Part shown: positions 29,499 to 39,001 of the stretch, piece after piece
Layout of the letters: each line of letters begins with the position of its first letter
Numbering within the stretch: the first letter of the stretch is position 1
Source of the DNA: an uncultured Bacteriovoracaceae bacterium
GTDB lineage: Bacteria; Bdellovibrionota; Bacteriovoracia; Bacteriovoracales; Bacteriovoracaceae
Reading direction: 5' to 3'
DNA length: 64,000 bases
NCBI GenBank assembly: GCA_964012805.1
Contig: CAXGUD010000002.1
Coordinates: 32,001 to 96,000 of the forward strand
Program-made: the position numbers and the translations under genes
Notes under the pieces: model-generated
Told to the model about the DNA's origin: nothing
The model's database searches: none
Seen by the model: the letters and a program-made list of their open reading frames with translations, nothing else

Positions 29499-30218
29499 AT
29501 GAACAAAGAAGAATTGTCTGCAAAATTTGATGAGATAGCTGAAGATATCCACTTCTTCAAAAGCCTTTCTAAAAAAGATTTGGGGACATTAAAAAACCAA
29601 TTGGTCTCCCACCGTTATAAAAAAAGCCAGATTATTCTATTCCAAGGTGGAAGAAACTTTGGAGTTTACTTCGTTTTAAGTGGAAGTGTAAAAATAACAA
29701 GGTCTGAAAAAAATAACCGAGAATCATGCCTTAAATTCCTTAAAAAAGGTGATGTTTTTGGCTTTGAAAACCTCTTTAGAGATCAATCTTTTATAACCGT
29801 TCAATCACTCCAAGACTCCATCGTTAGCTTCATTCCAAAAGAGTTTTTCCTGTCATTTGTTGAGTCCAACCCAAAACTAGCTCTTGGACTTTTAAAATAT
29901 TCAAATGACCTCATTTGCAATTATCAGGAAAGGTTATCTTACCTTACTCAGAACAATGCAGAGGAAAACCTCGCTAAAGTTCTTCTTGACCTTCACTACG
30001 AGCTTTCAAATTCAGAAAACCTATTGAAGCCCATTGAAAATGGTAAAGCCCCCTACTCTATACCGCTTTCCAGGTCTGACTTGGCCAGCATGATTGGTAC
30101 TGCTCAAGAAACGGCCATAAGACTCCTCTCAAAGTTCAAAGAAGAAGGCTTTATCGAGCAGGAAAAGAGGAAGATTTATGTTAAAAATGTAGATCCAATG
30201 AGAAATATGACTAGGTAA
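29499..30218 (+). CDS. Crp/Fnr family transcriptional regulator
   Basis: cNMP-binding barrel (SGSVKI, GDVFG); HTH LSRSDLASMIGTAQETAIRLLS. Confidence 0.92.
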   Translation: MNKEELSAKFDEIAEDIHFFKSLSKKDLGTLKNQLVSHRYKKSQIILFQGGRNFGVYFVLSGSVKITRSEKNNRESCLKFLKKGDVFGFENLFRDQSFITVQSLQDSIVSFIPKEFFLSFVESNPKLALGLLKYSNDLICNYQERLSYLTQNNAEENLAKVLLDLHYELSNSENLLKPIENGKAPYSIPLSRSDLASMIGTAQETAIRLLSKFKEEGFIEQEKRKIYVKNVDPMRNMTR

Positions 30219-30353
30219 CGGCCCTTCCCTCGGCTCATAAAGTGTCAAGCTGTTACCACTTTTACATAAAAACCAGTAATTTATGTACATTTTATAACAT
30301 CCCTTTCACCAAATTCAAAAAAGCATTATACTTGGGCCCAACTAGGAGCCCTC

Positions 30354-31467
<1,114 letters not shown>

Positions 31468-31481
<14 letters not shown>

Positions 31482-32094
31482 GAACTGAGCGGAAAGTAAG
31501 GTTGATTCTTCCCTCTACAGGTCTTTTTGTAGGAGAGACCCGGTGCTGCCAAACCTTCTGAAAGTCACCAGTCATAACAAGTAGACTTCCATTGTGTAAA
31601 TCGACCTTGTTGGAAGAGCTTTCTCTGCTTTTCAGCTTCGCCCTATAGAGAAAACGCCTCGTGGCCCCTAAGCTTAAAGAAGCAATTACTGGTTGATCAC
31701 CTAATTCCGGCTCGTTATCGCTATGCCAGCCCATATGATGCTTCCCTTCTTCATAATAATTGGCAAGAACACTATTAAAAGAAACTCCAAGCAACCCTTC
31801 AATATCAGGTTTGACCTCTTTTATGCCTGGAGGCCACCCATCAGCGCAAAATTTTTGCCCTGAATAAGAGTAATGGACTCCTTTATCGCCGGCCCATGAG
31901 ACTAACCTTGGAACTGGATGAGATTTACCATAAATAGTAATCCAAGTTTGCTTCCAAGAAACCTCATTTACGCATTGATTATAGAGTCTTAGTGCCTTAT
32001 GGGCAGATAAAAAGTCTGGTATAAAATAAAGTTCTCCGGGAAGGAGGCACTTTGCCTTTTGAAAAAAGGTTGAAGGCCGTATATTAGGTTCCAT
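31468..32094 (-). CDS. AlkB-family 2OG-Fe(II) dioxygenase (ALKBH2/3-like)
   Basis: VPRL, MGWHSDNE (HxD), SLSLGATR, WQHRV, RINLTFR; start set at ATG 32094. Confidence 0.9.
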
Positions 32095-32866
32095 GATAAA
32101 AATCTCAGTTGCAATTATAACATATAATGAAGAAGATAATATCACTCGTTGCCTCCAATCAGTCAAAGGCATTGCAGATGAAATCGTAGTGATTGACTCT
32201 CATTCAGACGACAAAACAGTTCAAATTTCAGAAAAACTTGGCGCGAGAGTTATAAAAAGACCTTTTCCAGGGCATATCGAGCAAAAAAACTTTGCTATCG
32301 ACCAAACTCAGTATGAATGGGTTTTATCTATTGATGCCGACGAAGTCTTGAGTCAGGACCTAAAAAACTCAATAAAAAATATTAAAAAGCTAGGCCCTAA
32401 ACCTAGTTTTTATGGTTTCTGCTTTAATAGACTCACAAATTACGCCGGTGTATGGGTCAAACATTGTGGTTGGTACCCAGACAAGAAACTACGGTTATTT
32501 CATAAAAACCACGCTCGGTGGGCAGGTATGAACCCCCATGACATTATTGAGATGAAACCAAACTCTCAGACGGGCTTTTTGGATGGTGACCTCCTTCACT
32601 ATAGCTATAACTCAATTTCAGACCATGTGAACCAGACCAATAAATTCACCACCATAGCAGCAAAGGCAGCTTACAAAAAGGGTATTAAATCGAATCACTT
32701 TAAAATCTTCACAAGACCTCCTCTAAAGTTCTTGAGGGACTATTTTTGGAAAAGAGGTCTTTTTGATGGCCGCTACGGGTTTATTATTTGCCTCATCAAC
32801 TCTCTTTCAGCTCTGCTCAAATACTCAAAATTAAAAGACCTTCAAGATGGAAAAAGGATTGATTAA
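32093..32866 (+). CDS. Glycosyltransferase family 2 (WaaE-like LPS glucosyltransferase)
   Basis: IITYNEE, IDSHSDD, SIDADE, GWYPD..LRLF. Confidence 0.9.
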   Translation: MIKISVAIITYNEEDNITRCLQSVKGIADEIVVIDSHSDDKTVQISEKLGARVIKRPFPGHIEQKNFAIDQTQYEWVLSIDADEVLSQDLKNSIKNIKKLGPKPSFYGFCFNRLTNYAGVWVKHCGWYPDKKLRLFHKNHARWAGMNPHDIIEMKPNSQTGFLDGDLLHYSYNSISDHVNQTNKFTTIAAKAAYKKGIKSNHFKIFTRPPLKFLRDYFWKRGLFDGRYGFIICLINSLSALLKYSKLKDLQDGKRID

Positions 32867-33850
32867 ATGAAAGTCGTTTTTTTTCACAATGTTAAACTGC
32901 CAGTTCTTAAGTATGGAGGTATAGAAAGAATCCTTTATTGGCATATGGTAGAACTGGTTAAACAAGGTCATAAAGTCGTCTATATTGGACATCCTGAAAG
33001 TCAGGTTCAAGATAAAGGTATAGAGCTCATTCCCTTTGACCCCAAAAAAGACCCAGACTTTGAACACTACCTTCCGGAAAACCTTGATATTCTCCATTTA
33101 AGTGTCAATGCTCCCGTAAAAAGCAGTGTCCCTTACCTCATTACAGTTCATGGAAATGGTCAAATTGGAGAAGTTTTCCCCGAAAACTCCGTTTTTGTTT
33201 CTAAAAAGCATGCAGAAATCCACGGTAGTGATCAATTTATCCATAATGCCCTGGATTTAGATGAGTACCCTTATATAGGTCGGAGCAAAGATAAGCTTGA
33301 ATGGAAAAAGTTTGCTTTTCTAGCAAAGGCCAGTTGGAGGGTCAAAAACCTAAACCATTGTGTAAAGGCCATCAAAGAAACCAAAAAGCACCTCGATATT
33401 CTCGGTGGAAGAACTTTTTGGCCATCCCGCTACGTAAAAAGTCACGGCCAAGTTGGAGGGGAGGAAAAACTCAAGCTCCTCTCCCAATGTGATGCCCTTC
33501 TTTTTCCTGTTCGGTGGCACGAACCTTTTGGGCTTGCCATGATAGAAGCCATGGCTCTCGGTTTACCAGTTATTGGCTCTCCCTATGGAAGCCTCCCAGA
33601 AATTATCAAGCCTAATGTTGGGGTTACATGCCAAACTTTTGAAGAATTCCAAGAGGTTGTCAATTCCCAAAGGCCTCACTTCTTTGATCCAGATGAAATC
33701 AGAGGGTATGTTGAAGAGAGGTTTGCCATAAAAGACTACACCAGGAAGTACCTGGAGCTTTATAGGCAAGTGACTAAAAAAATTCCATTGAGTCCTTCCG
33801 CTCCAACTCTTCAAGGAGGCAAGAGGGCCGAAGACCTTTTACCTTTCTAA
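32867..33850 (+). CDS. Glycosyltransferase family 4
   Basis: YGGIER; WHEPFGLAMIEAMALG (E-x7-E). Confidence 0.9.
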   Translation: MKVVFFHNVKLPVLKYGGIERILYWHMVELVKQGHKVVYIGHPESQVQDKGIELIPFDPKKDPDFEHYLPENLDILHLSVNAPVKSSVPYLITVHGNGQIGEVFPENSVFVSKKHAEIHGSDQFIHNALDLDEYPYIGRSKDKLEWKKFAFLAKASWRVKNLNHCVKAIKETKKHLDILGGRTFWPSRYVKSHGQVGGEEKLKLLSQCDALLFPVRWHEPFGLAMIEAMALGLPVIGSPYGSLPEIIKPNVGVTCQTFEEFQEVVNSQRPHFFDPDEIRGYVEERFAIKDYTRKYLELYRQVTKKIPLSPSAPTLQGGKRAEDLLPF

Positions 33851-34004
33851 TCGATTATTTTAAAGGTCTATTAAATGTCTAGGTAAACCTAGCTATAGGG
33901 CTTATTTTAATTTTGCTTCAGGTCAACAAAATGTGTTAATAATCCTCTAGACATGACTAATGCCACCCTATATGAATGAACCATATAAATAGAAAAGGCA
34001 CTTT

Positions 34005-34550
34005 TTGGAGGAAAATATGAAGTATTTAATACCTTTTATTCTTTTTATCTCATCAACTGTATTTGCTGCAAACAAGACTAAGCTAAATACTGCTAACTAC
34101 GTCAATGTAGAAAAGTATTTAGGAACTTGGCATGAAATAGCCAGGTTACCTGTCTTTTTTCAACTAAACTGCTTTAATGCCACAGCTACTTATGACCTAA
34201 TCGATGAAGAAACCATTAAAGTCACAAACAGATGTGAAACAAAAGTTTTTGGAAAGAAAAAAGTTGCCGTTGGAAAAGCTGAGCTCGTCGACAAAGTTAC
34301 GAACTCTAAACTAATGGTTAGTTTTGACAGCTGGTTTAGCAGGGCCTTCCCTGAGCAAGCAAAAGGTGACTACTGGATTTTAGAGCTTGCTGATGACTAC
34401 TCTTATGTTGTTGTAGGAGCTCCCTCAAGAAAATTTCTTTGGATTTTATCTAGGTCTCCTAAAATGGACCCTGGGTTTGTTAAAGAGCTAAAAGCTAAGT
34501 ACAAGAAACTTGGCTTCCCAACTCACAAAATGAAATCATACCGTAAATAA
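34005..34550 (+). CDS. blc: Bacterial lipocalin (true start probably ATG 34017)
   Basis: YLGTWHEIAR, GDYWIL..DDYSY, LWILSR. Confidence 0.9.
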   Translation: MEENMKYLIPFILFISSTVFAANKTKLNTANYVNVEKYLGTWHEIARLPVFFQLNCFNATATYDLIDEETIKVTNRCETKVFGKKKVAVGKAELVDKVTNSKLMVSFDSWFSRAFPEQAKGDYWILELADDYSYVVVGAPSRKFLWILSRSPKMDPGFVKELKAKYKKLGFPTHKMKSYRK

Positions 34551-34579
34551 ATTAAGCTTATAAATTCGTTATTGCAAAG

Positions 34580-34602
34580 AGGGGTCTTAAGACCCCTTTT
34601 TT
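34580..34602 (+). terminator. Intrinsic terminator after blc
   Basis: AGGGGTC-TTAA-GACCCCT followed by T tract. Confidence 0.8.
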
Positions 34603-34688
34603 AATTGCTCAATTGAAAGTTCTTTTGCTAATAAAGGCCAAACACCTTTTATGGTCTTCAAAAACCACATTAAATAGGATTTTTTGAA

Positions 34689-35042
34689 ATGGAAAAAGCA
34701 CCCATCATGGAAACTGAAAAAGTGAAAAAGCAGAAACCAATAAATAAAAAGCAGTCCCCTAAAAAGGGGCAATGGAAATCAAAGACTGTAATATTTTTTA
34801 TTGGCTTAAGTTTTGGCCTTGGTCTCTACCCTCTTTCAAAGTCGGGCCTAAATAGCGTGAAGCCCCAGCTCAACTATTATTATGGAGTGGGGATTGAGAA
34901 AACCGTGGTTATAATAGATGAGTCTTTTGATTATTTAGTGACCGCTAAAGAGGTCTTAAAAGAAAAGCTCCAAACAAAAAAAAGTGAGCTGGGCCAAAAA
35001 GAAAAAGAAAAACAGGAAAGCTTTCAAATTCCTTTGACCTAA
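34689..35042 (+). CDS. Hypothetical single-TM protein
   Basis: Basic N-terminus, TM VIFFIGLSFGLGLY, helical tail. Confidence 0.6.
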   Translation: MEKAPIMETEKVKKQKPINKKQSPKKGQWKSKTVIFFIGLSFGLGLYPLSKSGLNSVKPQLNYYYGVGIEKTVVIIDESFDYLVTAKEVLKEKLQTKKSELGQKEKEKQESFQIPLT

Positions 35043-35189
35043 ATTAAGTAACTTAGCTATACTAAGGGCCTAAATAGAGAAAAGTGGACCATCTTTTATG
35101 CCAAAAAGACAGCTTTTAAAGCATATTAGGGTCATTTTTTTTACCATTTTAGCGTCACTTTTCTTGCCAATTTTTTACAAGTATAAATC

Positions 35190-36350
35190 ATGAAAAAATT
35201 CCAAAAAAAACTTATTCCGATCCGAAATCTTGCCAATGGAGATCAACAAAATATCGAAGTTCTGACTCTTAAAGGTCAAGAAGGTGGCCCAAAGGTCCAT
35301 ATTCAAGCAAGCGTACACGGTGCAGAAATTCAGGGAAATGCGGTTATTTACGAGCTCCTAAAAATTTTAAAAGAAAGAGATTTTAAGGGTGAGTTCGTGC
35401 TGATTCCTTGTGCAAATCCCATCGGAATCAATACAAAAAGTGGAACCACGACTCAAGGCCGTTTTAATCCCGTAACAGGTGATAATTGGAACAGAAATTA
35501 TGTCGATTTATCTGGTCTTTCTCTAGAGGAAACGAATTTTGATGTCCAAAAATTTGTCGATGACATGATAAAAAAAAACATAAATCATGACCTTATCAAA
35601 GACCACTTTAAAACTTTTATTAAAAATGCATATGATTTTTACTGGGGAAATTTTTTAAAAAGAAAAGGGCCAAGCGATAATAAATTTTTAAACATAACAC
35701 TTCAAAAACTGGCCACTCAAGCAGACATTGTTTTAGACCTTCATACAGGACCTAAGGCAACCCGCTATTTGTACGCTGGTGAGTTTGAAAAATCCTCGGC
35801 CAAGCACTTTTTAACTCCCTTTTCCCTCATTATTCCCAATAAATTCGCAGGCGCCATGGACGAAGCGACCTTCATGCCGTGGCTCACTTTGGAAAAAGAA
35901 TTTCAAAAAAGAGGTCAGTCTCATTCCTTTGGTTTTGAATCCTACACGCTAGAGCTTGGCAGTGAAGAAACCATAAATGAGCAAGAGGCCAAAAAGGATG
36001 CGGCCAGGATTGTGAATTACCTTAACTTTAAGGACCTCTCACTGTCTGATCCGCCAGCGCCGGAAAACCCCACACAACACTATTGCCTTCTTAAAGACTA
36101 TAAAACAATTTACTCCCCGAAAGCTGGACTCGTTGAATTTTTAAAAAGCCCCGGGGAGGGTTTCCAAAAAGGAGACGTTTTGGCATCCTTTTTGAATCTG
36201 AGAGGAATCGATTCCCTCGAAAAAATAAAGAAAGCGAAGACTTCTTTGGTCGCCGAAGAAGATGGCTTTGTCATCACCCACTCAACAACTTCTGTTATTC
36301 ATGAGGGAATGGAACTTTTTCAAGTTTTAACAAACCCAAAACCTTATTAA
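35190..36350 (+). CDS. Succinylglutamate desuccinylase / aspartoacylase family (M14-like)
   Basis: VHGAE, NWNR, LDLHTG, TLELG. Confidence 0.9.
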   Translation: MKKFQKKLIPIRNLANGDQQNIEVLTLKGQEGGPKVHIQASVHGAEIQGNAVIYELLKILKERDFKGEFVLIPCANPIGINTKSGTTTQGRFNPVTGDNWNRNYVDLSGLSLEETNFDVQKFVDDMIKKNINHDLIKDHFKTFIKNAYDFYWGNFLKRKGPSDNKFLNITLQKLATQADIVLDLHTGPKATRYLYAGEFEKSSAKHFLTPFSLIIPNKFAGAMDEATFMPWLTLEKEFQKRGQSHSFGFESYTLELGSEETINEQEAKKDAARIVNYLNFKDLSLSDPPAPENPTQHYCLLKDYKTIYSPKAGLVEFLKSPGEGFQKGDVLASFLNLRGIDSLEKIKKAKTSLVAEEDGFVITHSTTSVIHEGMELFQVLTNPKPY

Positions 36351-36356
36351 CTCTTC

Positions 36357-38165
36357 TTAAGGCCTTTTAAAATCTTTAGAAAAGTTTAGGGGTTGTTTTA
36401 CCCTCACCACTCCTCCACCTTTTGGTTTAGGAAAGGTCATTCCTTTTAAAACCTTTGTTAAACACGTTTTTCCACTTTTGGTGAAGGCCTTTCCTTTAAA
36501 ATGAAGCTTAACTTTTTTGACACTCCCAAGGGGAGAAATCAAAAAGTTGAGATTTGTTGTTGTTCCAAGAACAAATTTATTAAAGGCAAGCTCTTGCTGG
36601 TAACAAAATTTAAATTGGTGAAGATGCTTCATAAGTATTTTTCTTATCACTTCTGGGTCTAAGGCCCCTAATAAAACGGTCCTCTTTGAAATATCTATCA
36701 CTTCCTTTTTTAAATGATTCGACCCAATTTTTTTAGAAAGATTTTCTTCTTTAAAATGGGTTTTTCCTTTTAAGACACCACCTGTTTTTATTCCAAACTT
36801 TACTTTTTTTAATGTAAGGTTTGGATTTAAGGCGCCTCTTTTTCTAAGAGTTAAATCATTTCTTTTTTTCATTTGCTTTAATTTTGGCCCACCTTTTTTT
36901 AAAAAATGATCAAAGGCCTTTTTTAATTTATTTTGATCCCTTTTTTTCTTTATAGATCCAAGTACTCTCACTTTCTTTTTTTTCATCACCTTTTTTATTA
37001 TAGGCCTTGTTTTAGTTTTTGGTTTTATTATTTTTTGATTTTTTTGAGGTGGAATCAGTTGTGGTTTTTTATTTAATTTTTCGGTTTTTGGTTGAGGGTT
37101 TGAATCATTAAAAGAAATAAGTGTCTCACTTATGATCTTTTTTTCTTTAACCTCTTCTTTTTTATAAAAAAGGTTCGCTATTAAAAAGAGAATCAGGGTT
37201 ATAAAAAGACCTACTAAAAAAACCTTTGAATCCGATTTATTAAAGGTTAAAAGTCTTGTTGGGTTAACCAATCTTTTTTCATCTTTTAAAGTTATCACCA
37301 AATGGTTACACCCTTTTACAAAACAAACGCTCTCTCCTTTTTTAAGGGCCTCCCATTCTGTTAAGCGGTTTTCTTTTAAATTTTTTTCCTCTTTAATAGC
37401 TTTTAACTCAGGAAGAGGACGGTAAAGAATTTCGCCGTTCTTCACTTTCTTTATAAAGGGGTATTTTTCCTCCCCTTCTAAAAAAGGAATGACCAAATGG
37501 GCGGACTTTTTATTTTTTTTGCCTGTGATTTCAAGGTCACCCCTTTTAAGAGACTTCACTTCATTATAAATAAGGTTACCAGACGAATAGATTTCAATTT
37601 CTAAAAACTCACTTTTTAACTTAACTTTTTTAAAAAGTTCATCCTCTTGAATGTCCCTATTCACCTTTTTGGTTTCAAGAAAATCAAACTCTAGTTTTTC
37701 TAAAGGATTGGCCTGCCACTTATCAAGATTTTCAATATTTTTGACAAATTGATTTTCAAGCATTTTTAATTCATCAGGCCCTTCTTTAAAAAAAGAAGGA
37801 GGGCCATCGGACTTTTCACTTTTAACCTCTTCAATCATTTCCTCTTCATTTTTTTCTAAGATCCCTTCTATTGGGCCAAAAGTAATCATGTCCCCTTCTT
37901 TTAGACCTTTTTTAACATTACTCCTTCCATTAATTAAAAGCTCTTCATAGTGATGTAGGGGTTTTGCAAAATGATTCCCCTCTTTTGTTTTGAAAAAAAT
38001 GATTTCGTAGTCCGAGTACTGCTCATTATCTAAAACCACGTCACAGTTTTTATTTTTACCGACAATAACTTGATCTTTTGTAAGCCCAAAGGAAAGCCCC
38101 CTTTTATCCTCACTAAAGATTTTAAAACTAAGGTTAATATCTTTTTTATTAATTTCTTCTCTCAT
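36357..38165 (-). CDS. GltG/PglI-like protein (degenerate FHA, TM, AgmX/PglI TonB-like C-terminus)
   Basis: C-terminal GALDPEVIRKIL...FKFCYQQEL...FPKPKGGGVVRV; single TM; N-terminal FHA-like IVGK...CDVVL. Confidence 0.8.
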   Translation of the reverse strand: MREEINKKDINLSFKIFSEDKRGLSFGLTKDQVIVGKNKNCDVVLDNEQYSDYEIIFFKTKEGNHFAKPLHHYEELLINGRSNVKKGLKEGDMITFGPIEGILEKNEEEMIEEVKSEKSDGPPSFFKEGPDELKMLENQFVKNIENLDKWQANPLEKLEFDFLETKKVNRDIQEDELFKKVKLKSEFLEIEIYSSGNLIYNEVKSLKRGDLEITGKKNKKSAHLVIPFLEGEEKYPFIKKVKNGEILYRPLPELKAIKEEKNLKENRLTEWEALKKGESVCFVKGCNHLVITLKDEKRLVNPTRLLTFNKSDSKVFLVGLFITLILFLIANLFYKKEEVKEKKIISETLISFNDSNPQPKTEKLNKKPQLIPPQKNQKIIKPKTKTRPIIKKVMKKKKVRVLGSIKKKRDQNKLKKAFDHFLKKGGPKLKQMKKRNDLTLRKRGALNPNLTLKKVKFGIKTGGVLKGKTHFKEENLSKKIGSNHLKKEVIDISKRTVLLGALDPEVIRKILMKHLHQFKFCYQQELAFNKFVLGTTTNLNFLISPLGSVKKVKLHFKGKAFTKSGKTCLTKVLKGMTFPKPKGGGVVRVKQPLNFSKDFKRP

Positions 38166-39001
38166 AAAAGGCCTCTCTCGTTTAAACCTAACCTTTCCAA
38201 TCGGCTTTTTATCTCTTCACTTTCTATTGCTTTTCCTAATTTAAAATTTAAGTATTCCTTATAGGCTTTGACGTCCTCTCTTTTGGCCTCCTTTTTTTCT
38301 AATTTGTTTAATAAGTTTAAAGAGCTCTTAAATTCTTTTTTAAGAATATGGGCATAGGCCTTAGATATAATGACGCCGCTATCTTCTTCAGCGTTTGGAA
38401 TTTGATACAAATGGGATAAAGCATTAACGAAATCTCCGAACTTTAAATAGAGTTGGGCAACATTATAATGGGCGGTGAAAGAATGCTTGTCCTCTTTAAG
38501 GGCCTTTTTAAAGTTTAATAGGGCCATTTTATAATTTTTCCACTTTAGATAAATGAGCCCTTTATTATTATAGAGCTTACTTCTAAGACCTTTATTTTTT
38601 GAAGAGGTTTTCGTTAGGCCCAAAGACAGGTGGTAATAAGAAAGGTTTAATTGCCCTAATAAATAGTAACAAACGCCTAATTCATTTAAAATTTTGGTGT
38701 TTTTTGGGTCTTTTAAAACTTTTCTTTTTAAAGGGAGGAGATTTTTTTTAAAAATCCCTTTGTGGCAAGAGCTCAAATCCTTATAGGGTGAGTTTTGACT
38801 TAAATAAGGCCTTAACCTTTCATCGCTGTACCTCATGAGAGATTCCTTTCTTAAGGAGTCTTTTAATGGGTCAAGGACGACATTTCTTTTAAATTTTTGA
38901 GCGCACGAAGACATAAGTCCCATTAGAATAAGGAAGGCCCAAATCTTTTTTAATTCTATGCCTTTCATCCAGAACTCCTTTTTAAAGGTCCCTTGTGACA
39001 A
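38162..39001 (-). CDS. TPR lipoprotein (GltE/AglT-like)
   Basis: Lipobox MSSC; TPRs NELGVCYY, YNNKGLIY, HYNVAQLY. Confidence 0.75.
   Translation of the reverse strand: MSQGTFKKEFWMKGIELKKIWAFLILMGLMSSCAQKFKRNVVLDPLKDSLRKESLMRYSDERLRPYLSQNSPYKDLSSCHKGIFKKNLLPLKRKVLKDPKNTKILNELGVCYYLLGQLNLSYYHLSLGLTKTSSKNKGLRSKLYNNKGLIYLKWKNYKMALLNFKKALKEDKHSFTAHYNVAQLYLKFGDFVNALSHLYQIPNAEEDSGVIISKAYAHILKKEFKSSLNLLNKLEKKEAKREDVKAYKEYLNFKLGKAIESEEIKSRLERLGLNERGLL

Noticed and set aside
32095..32172. N-terminal extension of the alkB-like ORF to 32172
   Set aside because: It overlaps the conserved GT2 N-terminus in antisense; ATG 32094 is more plausible.
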